64,000 nt of DNA, taken from assembly GCF_963921235.1 (NCBI RefSeq), contig NC_086107.1:107882001-107946000 (forward strand), read 5' to 3'. The notes under the pieces were generated by a model. That model saw only the letters and a list, made by a program, of their open reading frames with translations. It did no database searches and was not told the DNA's origin. This DNA comes from Mobula hypostoma (taxonomy: Eukaryota). The translations under genes were made by a program, and so were the position numbers. Shown here piece by piece: positions 23,040 to 35,026 of the stretch (position 1 is its first letter; the number at the start of each line of letters is the position of its first letter).

Positions 23040-23520
23040 ATCTTATAGCTCTCTAGAAAACTCCTCCATGTTGTTAAATGCCTCTTTTTGTCTCTGCTTC
23101 CCTCTGTTTATCATCTTCATTTCTTCAACCCCTGGGCATCATATAGACAACACGAGGGAACTACCTGAGTTACGTTCTCCTTCCCTAAGGTTTACTCTGA
23201 GGTTTAGCCTTTGATACTTGTGTGATTCCATTTAAGTTTGTCTCTTTGGAATTTTAGCTAGAGTCCAGATTTCGAACTTGTCTCAAGTAGCCCTGGTGCC
23301 TCCTTCCAGTATCTGCAATCGGAATTGGTGCATCAGTGATGATCAAAGGCTGCTCATCAATATCTTAACCCCAAATTCGAGTTATTCAGAGTGTCTCTCA
23401 TAATGAATTCCAAGCATATATGGTGAAAAGTTTGCATGACATAACACATCCTTGTCTCACTCTGATCTTTGTGAATGTAGTTAACTCATTATCGGCTGTC
23501 ACTGGTGATGCTGTTTACAG
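23040..23520 (-). mobile_element. Ancient RTE-like LINE remnant
   Basis: Minus strand gtgagacaaggatgtgttatgtca (VRQGCVMS) and an RGKQRQK-like end. Confidence 0.4.
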
Positions 23521-23892
23521 TAAAGACTCGTGCTTGTTGGATCCTGACACTTTTGTGATTCGACGGTTCCTCAGAGTCAAGGATGAGACATAAAACTTCT
23601 TGCTTACGATAATTTTATTAAGTGTTACAAGAGCAAAGAAGAAGCGTTGAAAGAACAAAGAAAAGATCAGACTATAAAAGCAGTCGTGATCACCTCAGAT
23701 TCAGACTAGAGAAAGCCAAGCTTTCCAGTGATAACAGATAACCCGTAAAGTCACCAGATTCAAGCGACACCTGCTACTGAGAACTAGGAAGTTTCTATAA
23801 AAATACAGAAGTAAATACACCAGTGAAGTGTGAAATAAGAATGTTCACTGAACAATTGTATGTATATACTGTAGGTGTTTATGTAAAATTAG

Positions 23893-24275
23893 AAGCAAGC
23901 AACACACACACTATGCTGGAGAAAATTAGTAGGCCAGGCAGCACCTATGAAAAACGAGTAAACAGTCAACGTTTTGCGCTGAGACCCTTCATCAGGGCTG
24001 GAAAGGAAGGGAGAAGAAGTTAGAACAAAAAGCTGGGGGGTGGGAGGGGAGGAAGTAGTACAAGATGGCAGGCGATAGATGAAACTGGGAGGGGGTGTGG
24101 GTGAAGTAAAGAGCTGGGAAGTTGACTGGTGGAAGAGATAAAGGGTGAGCGAAGAGGATATCTGATAGGAGAGGACAGAAGACCACGGGAGAAAAGGAAG
24201 GGGGAGAAGCACCAGAGGGAGGTGATGGGCAGGTAAGAAGAGATGGTGTGAGAGGGAAACATGATTGGGAAGCAA
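23893..24275 (-). mobile_element. PLE pLTR fragment with hammerhead-like motif
   Basis: Minus strand cctgatgaagggtctcagcgcaaaacgttgac; purine-rich tract. Confidence 0.7.
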
Positions 24276-24354
24276 ACATAAGCTACAAGAAAAATAGCAA
24301 TACCACACTCCAATCCAATGTACTTTACCCTCAGCCTCTTGGAGGAATCTGCTA

Positions 24355-24600
24355 AATGTGAGAGATGAAAAGTTTAAGGGGAGCATGTGGGGAAACTTCT
24401 TCCCTGATAGGTTTGTGAGAGTGTGGAATGAGCTGCCAGTACAAGTGAGCTCGATTTTAAAGTTTAAGAGAAGTTTGGGTAGGTACATGGATCGTAGGGA
24501 TATGCAGGGCTATGGTCCTGGTACAGTTCGATGGGAGTAGGCAGCTTAAATGGTTTCAGCATGAACTATATAGGCCAACTGTATTTCTCTATGACTCTAA
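24355..24600 (+). mobile_element. CR1 3' fragment
   Basis: KFKGSMWGNFF...VWNELP. Confidence 0.75.
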
Positions 24601-24689
24601 ATGTTTTCTTGTAATGCCACTTCTTCCTGCACCAAGTTTCACAACTGCCAGGTTCCCTTTGAGCACGAAGATGATCGGATAAGCAGGAA

Positions 24690-24744
24690 TAGGGTACTAG
24701 GATGGCCAAAGATGGGAGGATAAAGTGTAGGTTAGGGTATGTGA

Positions 24745-24786
<42 letters not shown>

Positions 24787-24895
24787 TTGGGTGAAGGGAT
24801 TTAGAATGTAAGTCTATTGCACACTCTGGAGCAGAAGGTGGCGGTAATGCACCATTAAGCTGGGTGCCAACCGCCATAAAACAAGATGGAGAGAG
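24690..24895 (+). mobile_element. LINE 3' UTR (I/Nimb-like) with terminal stem-loop and (GT)n microsatellite
   Basis: (GT)n at ~24748-24784; hairpin tggcggt-aat-gcacc...ggtgc-ca-accgcca; clade assignment from recall only. Confidence 0.45.
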
Positions 24896-25139
24896 AGATA
24901 ATCCGATTTGATATTCCTTGGATTCACAGTGGAGGTAGGCTGCGATCTCAGAGAAGCCATCTTCCAGATATAACATTCAACTCAATCTGCACCTGCTCGG
25001 TCAGATGGGAAGGAGGAGGCGTCTGAGGGGCTGGGTGTTGTCCCAGCCAAAATTTATCCTTTGACTAATATCATTGTCATTGTAGAAATGAACTCTAACA
25101 TTGCATTTGCCTTCCAACTCAACGTGTAAATTAACCTTA

Positions 25140-26080
25140 AGAAATCCTGCACTAGATCTCCCAAGTCACTTGGTATCTACAAATGTCTGAATTCTCTCCC
25201 TATTTCAAAAATAGCCTACGCCTTTAATCCTTTTACCAGTGCGAATGGCCATACACTTCCCTACACTGCATTCCATCTGCCACTCCTTTGCCCATTCTCC
25301 TAACCTGTCCAATTCCTTCTGTAGACTCCCCCCTACCTCAACACTGCCTGCCCCTTCACCTGCCTCTGCATCATCCATAAACATGGCCAGAATACCATCA
25401 GATCTGTCCATCAACCCTGGTTTGGACAGAAAGCCATCAATTCTGTCCATCAGTCCTGGTTATTAGCATGTAATGTGAAAGTAGAAGACCCAATACCACT
25501 AGACTCTGGCAGCCAACCAGAAAAGGCCCCTTTATTCCCTCTCTTTGTCGTCTGCCAGTCAGCTAATCTTCTACCCATGCTAGTACTTTTCCTGTAATGT
25601 TTATCGAATTTATTTCTACTTGTGGGAGTTTGCTGTCTACAAATTGGCTGCCATGTTTCCTGATGTGCGTGGTAACTATGCTTCAAAATGGGTTTTGCAC
25701 CTATAAGCCAAGGAGTCATAGAAAAGTACGGCGCAGAAACAGGCCCTTCTGCCCGTCTAGTCCGTGCTGAACTATTTAAACTGGGGAACCTATCATGACT
25801 GCGCTCCTCTTCTCCCTCTTCCTTTCTGAGCCACAGAGCCACCTTAGTGCCAGAGACCTGTTCGCTGCAGTTTTACCCTGGTAGGTGGTGTCTTCACCTC
25901 CAACAGTATCCAAAGTGCTATACTTATGATTGAGGAACGGCCACAGGGGTACTCTGCATTGGCTGCCTATTTCCTTTCCCTCTCCTGACACTCACCAGGG
26001 ATCTGCCACCTGCAACTTAGGGATGACTACCTCCCCTAGCACCTGTCTATCATCTTCTCACTGTCCCATGTTCAACTTAA
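25140..26080 (-). mobile_element. CR1 fragments (RT region 25140-25600; ORF1-like region 25780-26080)
   Basis: LQKELDRLGEWAKEWQMECSVGKC; KYSTLDTVGGED...SAVMIG. Confidence 0.65.
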
Positions 26081-26154
26081 GACTAACAACCCTGTCTGTT
26101 AAAACAAAACTGTTGAGCAATGGCAGTTCTGGATTAGGTGTTATGTAATTATTA

Positions 26155-26800
26155 TTAGATTATGAGGACACACAGTCCTCTTTTTATTGTCATTTAGTAA
26201 TGCATGCATTAAGAAATGATACAATGTTTTTCCAGAATGATATCACGGAAACACATGACAAACCAACTTAAAAACTAACAAAAACCACATAATTATAACA
26301 TATTGTTACAACAGTGTAAAATAATACCGTAATTTGATAAGAACAGACCATGGCACGGTAACAGTCTCAGAAGTCTCTCGCAAGTCCCATCACCTCACGT
26401 AGACGGTAAACCTCCAGCGCCGCCAACTTGCCGATGCAGCATACTGGAAGTATCCGATCACAGTCCGACTCCGAGTCCATCTGAAAACTCCGAGCCTCCG
26501 ACCACCTCTCCGACACCGAGCACTGAGCACCATCTCTGCCGAGCGCTTCGACCCTGGCCCCGGCAACAGGCAATAGGCAAAGCCGAGGACTTGGGGCCTT
26601 CGTATCCGGAGATTCTCGATCGCGCAGTAGCAGCGGCAGCGAAACAGGCATTTCAGAAGTTACTCCAGGTGTTCCTCCGTGCTTCACACGGCTGTCTCCA
26701 TCAAATCCTGATTATGCACGGCCCCCTATTTAACAAATATGATATCATTCGGAACGGCCACATGCGCTGCGTTGCGTTGCGTTGCCATCTTCTCCTCCCT
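26155..26800 (-). mobile_element. ~620-bp CpG-rich non-autonomous retroelement (family copy 3, diverged subfamily)
   Basis: Minus strand starts ggaggagaagatggcaacg; tail matches copies 1 and 2. Confidence 0.78.
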
Positions 26801-26807
26801 CCATGAC

Positions 26808-28525
26808 CTAGATTTGATTAGGAAGCTTAAGGTAAAAGAACCTCGGGGAGGCAGTGATCATAATATGGCAGTGGTTTGAGGAGGAGAAGCTAAAATCAGA
26901 TATATCAGTGGTACAATGGTGTAAAGGGAATTGCAGAGGCATGACAGAGGAGCTGGCCAAAGTTGATTGCAAGGGCACACTAGCAGGGATGACAGCAGAA
27001 CAGCGATGGCTAGTGTCCCTGGGGAAAATTGGAAGGCGCAGGAAAGATACATTCCAAAGATGAAGAAGTAGTCTAAAGAGAGGATGAAGCAGCTGTGGGA
27101 GAGAAGAGAAGTCAAAAACAGGATAAAAGCAAAAGAGAGGGCATTTAATATAGCAAAAATTACCAGGAAGGTCGAGGATTGGGAAGCTTTTAAAAAACAA
27201 TAGGAGGCAACTGAAAAGTCATAAAGAGAGAGAAGTTGAACTATGATTATTAAAGATGAGGTTTTGGGGTAGTTGGAGGCACGTGATAAAACAAGCCAAA
27301 GTCAGCATGGTTTTCTAAATGGGAAATCTTGTCAGACAAATCTGTTGGAATTCTTTGAGGAAATAACAGGCAGGACAGATAAAGGAGAGTCAGTGGATAT
27401 TGTTTATTTGGATTTTCAGAACGCATTTAACAAGATGCAAAACATAAGGCTGCTTACCAAATTAAAAGCCTTTTACAAAATAAGTGTATTACAGGAAAAG
27501 TACTAGTATCAATAGAAGATTGACTGACTGGCAGGAGACAGAGTGGGAATAAAGGGAGCTTTTTCTGTTTGGCTACTGATGACTTGTGGTGTGGGAACCA
27601 TTTCTTTTCACGTTGTATGTCAAGGATTTGGATGACAGAATTGGTAGCTTTGTGCCCAAGTCTGCAGATGATACAAAGATAGGTGGAAGGGCAGGTAGTG
27701 CTGAGGAATCAGGCTGTCTGCAGTAGGACTTAGACAGGTTGGGGAATGGGCAAAGAAATGGCAGATGGAAAATAATGTAGGAAAGTGTATGGTCATGCAC
27801 TTTGGTAGGAGAAATAAAGGGGTAAACTATTTTCTAAAAGGTGGAGAAAATTCAAAAATCAGAGGTGCAAAAGGGACTTAGGCGTCCTCGTGTAGGATTC
27901 TGTAAAAGTTAACTTGCAGGTTGAGTTGGTAGTAAGGAAGACAAATGCAAAGTTATCCTTCATTTCAAGACTAGAATACAAAAGCAAGGATGTAATGCTG
28001 AGGTTTTATAAGGCAATGGTCGGACTGCACTTGGAATATTGTCAACAGTTTTGGGCCCCTTATCTAAGAAAGGATGTGCTGGCATTGGAGAGGGTCCAGA
28101 GGAGAATGATTGCAGGAATGAAAGTGTTAACAGGTGAAGAGCACTTGATGGCTCTGGGCCTCTACTCGCTGGAATTTAGAAGAATGAGGCGGAAATCTCA
28201 TTGAAACCTATTGAATGTTGAAAGGTCTGGATAAAATGGATGTGGAGAGGATGTTTCCTATAGTGTGGGAGTCTAGGACCAGAGACCACAGCCTCCATTA
28301 GGGCGTCCATTTAGAACACAGATGAGGAAAAATTTCTTTAACCAGAGGGTGGTGTACCTGTGGAATCCTTTGCCTCTGATGGCTGTGCAGGCTAAGTCTA
28401 TATTTAAGGCAGAGGCTGATAGATTCTTGATTAATCAGGACATTAAAGATATGGGGAGAAGCCAGGAAAATGGGGTTGAGAGAGATAATAAATTAGCGAT
28501 GATGGTATGGTGGAGCAGACTCGAG
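26808..28525 (+). mobile_element. Decayed CR1 ORF2 and 3' UTR
   Basis: SQHGFLNGKSCQTNLLEFFEE...VDIVYLDFQNAF; HLEYCQQFWAPYLRKD. Confidence 0.88.
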
Positions 28526-28679
28526 CAGGAAGGTTTGTTAGGGCTGCACAGGGGCAGAGAGGCATTGGGCTTTAAACGAGAGCTGCAGGGTCTGAACCAG
28601 AGCACCAGAACAGACAGTGGAGTGGTTGTGGAGAAAGATGTCATTAAGCCTACACACAAGGTCAGGGTTCAAAAGGTCA

Positions 28680-31475
28680 AGCATGGTGTTATAGCTGCCC
28701 ATATTTCGATGCAAGGGGTATTTTAGGAAAGGTGGATAAGCTTGGGTCATAGATGAGACATGGAATTATGACATTGTTACCTTTAGTGAGACTTGGTTGC
28801 AGGAGGGCCAGGACTGGCTGCTCAGTATTCCAGGGTTCTGTTGTTTTAGAGCAGGAAGGATTAAAAGGGGAGTAGTGGCGTCACTAGTCAGAGAAAATGT
28901 CACAGTCAGGGCAGACTGGAGAACTCGACTAGTGAGGCTTTATGGGTAGAAGTGAGGAATAAGAAAGGTATGACCACGTTAATGGGATTATATTATATAT
29001 AATATAACTTTTTGCTGTTGGACTTCAGCCATATTCCGCCGAGATACAACACTGGGCGGCACGGGAGGTCGTTCCTGCCTGTGGCCATCGAACTTTGCAG
29101 CTCCTCCCATGGAGGGTCAGACACCCTGAGCCAATAGGCTGGTCCTGGAATTATTTTCCATCTGGCATAGTTTGCATTTTATTGTTTGATTGTTTGTGGT
29201 TTTTGTATTGCTATATTTATGCTCTGTTCTTGGTTGGTGCGGCTGTAACGAAACCCAATTTCCCTCGGGATCAATAAAGTATATCTATCTATCTACAATA
29301 TATATTACATAGACCACCCAACGATGCATGGGATTTAGAGGACCCAGTTTGTAGAGAGATCGCAGTCTGTTGCAAGCAACACAAAGCTGTGATTTTAACT
29401 TTCCACATATTGACTGGGACTCCCATACTGTAAAAGGACTGGATGGGAAAGAGTTTGTCAAATGTGTTCAGGAAAGTACATAGAAGTCCCAACTAGAGAG
29501 TGTGTGATTCTAGATCTGCAATTAGGGAATGACGCAGAGCAGGTGACAGAAGTTTGTGTAGCGAAACACTTTGCATCTCATGATCATAATGCCATTAGTT
29601 TCAAGGTAATTATGGAAAAGGATAGGCCTGGTACTCGGGGAAAAAGAAATTCTAAATTGGAGAAAGGCCAATTTTGATAGTATCAGAAAGGAACTGGCAA
29701 GCGTGGATTGGGACAAGTTGTTTTCTGGCAAAGGTGTACTTAGTAAGTGGGAGGCCTTCAAAAGTGAAATTTTCAGAGTGCAAAGTTTGCATGTTCCTGT
29801 CAGAATAAAAGGCAAGGATAACAGATTTAGGGAACCTTGGTTTTTGAGAGCGATTGAGGCCCTGTTTAAGAAAAAAGAAGGAGGTGCATAGCAGGTATAG
29901 GCAGGCAGGAACAAATGAGGTGCTTGAGGATTAGAAGATATGCAAGGGAACACTTAAAAAAAGAAATCAGGAGGGTTAAAAGAAGGCATGAGGTTGCTCT
30001 AGCAGACAAGGTGACGGAGAATCCCAGGATACTCCACATATATATTAAGAGCGAAAGGACAAAATTGGTCATGGAAAACCAAAATGGTAATCTGTGTGTG
30101 GGGCTGAAAGAGATGGGGGAGATCTTAAATGGATTTTTTGCGAATGTACTTCTCAGGAGACAAATACAGAGCCTATAGAAGTGAGGCAAAGCAGCAGCAA
30201 GGTCATGGACCCTTGATAGGTTACAGAGGAGGAGGTGTTCGCTGTCTTGAGGCAAATTAGGTTGGACAAGGTGTTCCCGCAAGCCCTGTGGGAGGTTAGT
30301 GCAAAAATTACAGGGGCCCTGGCAGAAATATTTAAGACATTCTTAGCCACATGTGAGGTTCCAGAGGTTTGGAGGATAGCTTATTTTGTTCTGTTGTTTA
30401 AGAAAATCACCAAGAATGAACCAGGAAATTATAAGGCAGTGAGCCTGGCACCAGGGTAGCATAGTGGTTAGTGCAATGCCATTATGGCTCGAGGCATTGG
30501 AGTTCAGAATTCAATTCCAGCGTCTTACATAAAGAGTCTGCACCATTGAATGAATAAGTTTTCCCCAGGTGCTTCAGTTTCCTCCCACAGTCCAATGGCA
30601 TACTGGGTAGATTAAGTGGTCATGGTAAATTGATTAGATTAGGGGTAAATTGAGGTTGCTGGGGTGATGTTGCTCAAGGGGCTGGAAGGGCCTATTCCTT
30701 GCTGTATCTTGAAATAAAAATAAATTTTAAAAAACCAGTAGAGGGTAAGTTATTGGAAGATATTCTAAGGGACTGGATGTATAAGTACTTGGATGGACAG
30801 GGACTGATTAGGGACAGTCAACATGGATTTGTGTTTTGCCAATCATACAGAGTTTTCTTGCGAAGTTACCAGTAAATTTGATGAAGGCAAGGCAGTGGAT
30901 GTTGTCTACGTGGACTTCAGCAAGGTATTTGACAGCGTCCAACTTCAGTTGCTTGGCATTTAAGATGAGGTAGTAAATTGGACTAAACATTGGCTTTGCG
31001 GAAGAAGCCAGAGAGTGGTTGTACATGGTTGCCTCTCTGACTGGAGGCCTGCGACTAGTGGCATGTCACAGGGGTCGGTGCCAAGTCCATTGTTGTTTGT
31101 CCTCTATATCTACGTGGTAAACTGGATCAGCAAATTTGCAGTTGACACCAAACCAAGGTTTGGGGTGCAGTGGACAGCAAGGAGGACAATCAAAGCTTGC
31201 ATTGGGATATGGACCAGCTGGAAAAATGGGCAAAAGAATGGTATATGGAATTTAATGCAGATAAGTGTGGAGGGACTAACCAGGGTAGATCTTACTTGGA
31301 GAACGGTAGGGCACTGAGGAGTGCGGTAGAACAGAAGGATCTGGGAATACAGATGCATAATTCCTTAAAACTGGTGTCACAGCTAGGTAGGGTCGTAAAG
31401 AAAGCTTTTGGCTCATTGGTCTTCGTAAATCAAAGTATTGAGCACAGGAGATGGGCTGTTATGTTGAAATTGCAC
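28680..31475 (+). mobile_element. Decayed CR1 ORF2 with nested Rex tail (~29000-29292) and V-SINE (~30455-30735)
   Basis: EN remnants (ETWL, ILDL, SDHN-like), EVPEVWRIA...PGNYK, SGMSQGSV...FAVDTK. Confidence 0.8.
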
Positions 31476-31710
31476 AGACGAAATGGACCAAAGGGACTGT
31501 TTCTGTGCTATAGTGTTCTATGACTTCATGGCTTTATGACACAGAATGGTTGATCCGCAGGGTTCCTGTAAGGGACTTCGTTTGAGAGAGCAAAAGTAGT
31601 CATTTCCCAAGAATAAGGGAGCCGATCTATGAGTAATAATTGAGCCAGAGCCCCCTGTTTCAAAGGATTATCTCACTGAAACAAGATTTTGACAGGTTCT
31701 GTCAGGATAA

Positions 31711-33058
31711 TGTCATGGTCCGGTCCGTGAAGTCCATATTCCGGTTCACGGTCCGGTCCATCGACGCTTGCTCCAGGTTTTCCTGTCTACCCTGTTTCTG
31801 TTCTTGTTGAGCTCTAATTGAGTCAGCTGATGCTCGTTGGGGCTGGCTGCATAAATATCTTCAGAGACCAGGGCGTGACTGCTGGATTATTCTTGTCCTT
31901 ACTCCTTGTATCCCTTCCTCTGCCTTCTGTTTCCTCGCCTGAAGCCCTGCCTTGTCTTGCCGGTAACTCTCGCCTCACCTGAAGTTCTCGTCTCGCCTTG
32001 CATTGCCTGAAGCCTTGCCTTGTCTTGCTGGTAACTCTTGCCTCGTCCCGCCTGCAGTCTTGTCCTGGAGCCACCCTGTACCTAGCTCCCTTCCTGTCCC
32101 TTGCCTCCATTGGGTAAGCCAGGCCGTATTGCCGTTACCTGCGGTTGGTTCTGTCCCTTCCTGTCCCTTGCCTCTGTCGGGTGGTGATCCGCGCCCTGCC
32201 CAGGAGGAGCCTCTAGCCTCCAGCCTCCAGCCAAGCCTCTAGCCTCCGGCCTCCAGCCAAGCCTCACCTCTGGTCTCTAGCCTCAAGCCTGAAGACTCCA
32301 GCCTCCTGCCAAGCCTCAAGCCTGAAGACTCCAGCCTCCTGCCTAGCCTCAAGCCTGAAGACTCCAGATTCCTGCCAAGCCTCAAGCCTGAAGACTCCAG
32401 CCTCCTGCCTAGCCTCAAGCCTGAAGACTCCAGCCTCCTGCCTGGCCTCAAGCCTAAAGACTCCAGCCTCCTGCCTAGCCTCAAGCCTGAAGACTCCAGC
32501 CTCCTGCCTAGCCTCGTCTGAAGACTCCAGCCTCCTGCCTAGCCTCAAGCCTGAAGACTCCAGCCTCCTGCCTAGCCTCGTCTGAAGACTCCAGCCTCCT
32601 GCCTAGCCTCAAGCCTGAAGACTCCAGCCTCCTGCCTAGCCTCGTCTGAAGACTCCAGCCTCCTGCCTAGCCTTAAGCCTGAAGTCTCCTGCCTCCTGCC
32701 AAGCCTCGCCTCAAGTCTCTAGTCTCCTGCCTCCTGCCAAGCCTCGCCTCAAGTCTCCTGCCTCCTGCCGCCTCGCCTCAAGTCTCTAAGACTCCAGCCT
32801 CATCCTGCCTGCCAGCCAAGCCTCGTCCTTGCCTAGTTCTGGGGTCCGAGCCAGAGGCAAGACCCAGGTACTGGGTCCTTGTCCAGTCTCTGGCTCGGAG
32901 TCCAAGCCTGGGCTCCTAGCTCTCTTGTCCGGTCCTGTTCCGGGTTCCCGGTTTTCGAGTCCATGTCCTTGCCCTCACACTGTATCCTAGTCCTGTCCCT
33001 AGTCCTTCAGAGTCTGTGTCTTGCACTTGGGTCCGTTCCCAGCCACCTCCATATGACA
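31711..33058 (+). mobile_element. Solo LTR, Gypsy/Ty3 type
   Basis: TGTCA...TGACA termini; 5-bp TSD gataa at 31706-31710 and 33059-33063; TATA-like cataaata near 31850; ttgcacttgggtcc U5-like motif. Confidence 0.85.
32210..32825. repeat. 33/31-bp minisatellite inside the LTR
   Basis: Unit gcctcaagcctgaagactccagcctcctgccta with 31-bp variant gcctcgtctgaagactccagcctcctgccta. Confidence 0.95.
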
Positions 33059-33239
33059 GATAAAGTGTTGTTGAGTGTTCCACCTTGGATATGAAACTAG
33101 AACTATGGACATAAACTAGCATAAGAATGTAGAACTTAGATTGTAGCAGCACAGTAGGGTCCCTTTGAACCACGATGTGCTGGCATTTTAACCTACTCTA
33201 TTATCAATCTGATCCTTTCCTCCTGCATAATTCCATACT

Positions 33240-34562
33240 ACTACAGACTGGTGGCATTGACCTCCCACATCATGAAGACCCTGGAGAGACTTGTTCTGGA
33301 GCTGCTCTGGCCTATGGTCAGGCCACACTTAGATCCCCTCCAGTTCGCCTACCAGCCCCAACTAGGAGTTGAGGATGCCATCGTCTACCTGCTGAACCAT
33401 GTCTACGCCCACCTGGACAAGCCAGCGAGCACTGTGAGGGTCATGTTTTTTGACTTCTCCAGTGCGTTAAACACCATCTGCCCTGCTCTGCTGGGGGAGA
33501 AGCTGACAGCGATGCAGGTGGATGCTTTCCTGGTGTCATGGATTCTTGATTACCTGACTGGCAGACCACAGTAAGTGTGCTTGCAACACTGTGTGTCCGA
33601 CAGAGTGATCAGCAGCACTGGGGCTCCACAGGGGACTGTCTTGTCTCTCTTTCTCTTCACCATTTACACCTCGGACTTCAACTACCGCACAGAGTCTTGC
33701 CATCTTTAGAAGGTTTCTGATGACTCTGCCATAGTTAGGTGCATCAGCAAGGGAGATGAGGTTGAGTACAGGGCTATGGTAGGAAACTTTGTCACATGGT
33801 GTGAGCAGAATTATCTGCAGCTCAATGTGAAAAAGACTAAGGAGGTGGTGGCAGACCTGAGGAGAGCTAAGGCACAAGTGATCTCTGTTTCCATCCAGGA
33901 GGGTCAGTGTGGACATGGTGGAGGATTACAGATACCTGGGGATATGAATTGACAATAGACTAGACTGGTCAAAGAACACTGAGGCTGTCTGCAAGAAGGG
34001 TCAGAGCCGTCTCTATTTCCTGAGGAGACTGAGGTCCTTTAACATCGCTGGACGATGCTGAGGATGTTCTACGAGTCTGTGGAGGCCCATGCTATCATGT
34101 TTGCTGTTGTGTGCTGGGACAGCAGACTGAGGGTAGCAGACACCAACAGAATCAACAAACTCATTCGGAAGGCCAGTGATGTTGTGGGGATGGAACTGGA
34201 CTCTCTCACGATGGTATCTGAAAAGAGGATGCTGTCCAAGTTGCATGCCATCTTGGACAAAGTCTCCCATCTACTACATAATGTACTGGGTGGGCACAGG
34301 AGTACATTCAGCCAGAGACTCGTTCCACCGAGATGCAGCACAGAGCGTCATAGGAAGTCATTCCTGCCTGTGGCCATCAAACTTTACAACTCCTCCCTTG
34401 GAGGGTCAGACACCCTGAGCCAATAGGCTGGTCCTGGACTTATTTCATAATTTACTGGCATAACTTACATATTACTATTTAATTATTTATGGTGCAACTG
34501 TAACGAAACCCAATTTCCCTCAGGATCAATAAAATATGACTATGACTATGACTATGACTATA
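33240..34562 (+). mobile_element. Rex1/Babar LINE, 5'-truncated RT pseudogene
   Basis: ALTSHIMKTLERL...LDPLQFAYQ...VRVMFFDFSSALNTI; GAPQGTVLS; (CTATGA)n tail. Confidence 0.9.
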
Positions 34563-35026
34563 ACCCTCTATTTTTCTTCAATACCCCTAGTATATGTGTC
34601 TCTACCATCAACTTTGGGAGTGCATTCCATGCACCTACTACTCACTCCGTAAAAAAAACTTACCTCTGGCACCCCAACCCCCCATACTTTCCTCCAATCA
34701 CCATTCAAATATCCCCTCTTATATTTGCCATTTTCACCCTGGGGAAAAGTCTTTGGCTGTCCACTTAATCCATGACGCTTATCATCTAATGCACCTGTAT
34801 CAAGCCATCTCTCATCCTCCTTTGCTCTGGAGAGAAAAGCCCCAGCTTGCTCAACCTATTGCCATAAGAAATGCTCTCCGGCAGAATCCTGGTAAATCTC
34901 CTCTGCATCCCTCTAAAGCTTCCACATCCTTCCTATAATGAGGCATCCAGAAATGAGATCTGCATTTATAAGAAGTCAACTGTTTAAGTCATTCGTGCCC
35001 CGCTCACCCAGGACATGTCCTCTTCT

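Noticed and set aside
23889..24488. 199-aa ORF (similarly 46921..47541 and 61165..61610)
   Set aside because: Low-complexity reading through purine/pyrimidine-skewed pLTR sequence and across TE junctions
32239..32548. Repetitive ORFs (RLGRRLESSGL)n and (RLEARQEAGVF)n, and possible CRISPR-like array
   Set aside because: By-product of a 33-bp tandem unit inside an LTR; there are no unique spacers and no cas genes
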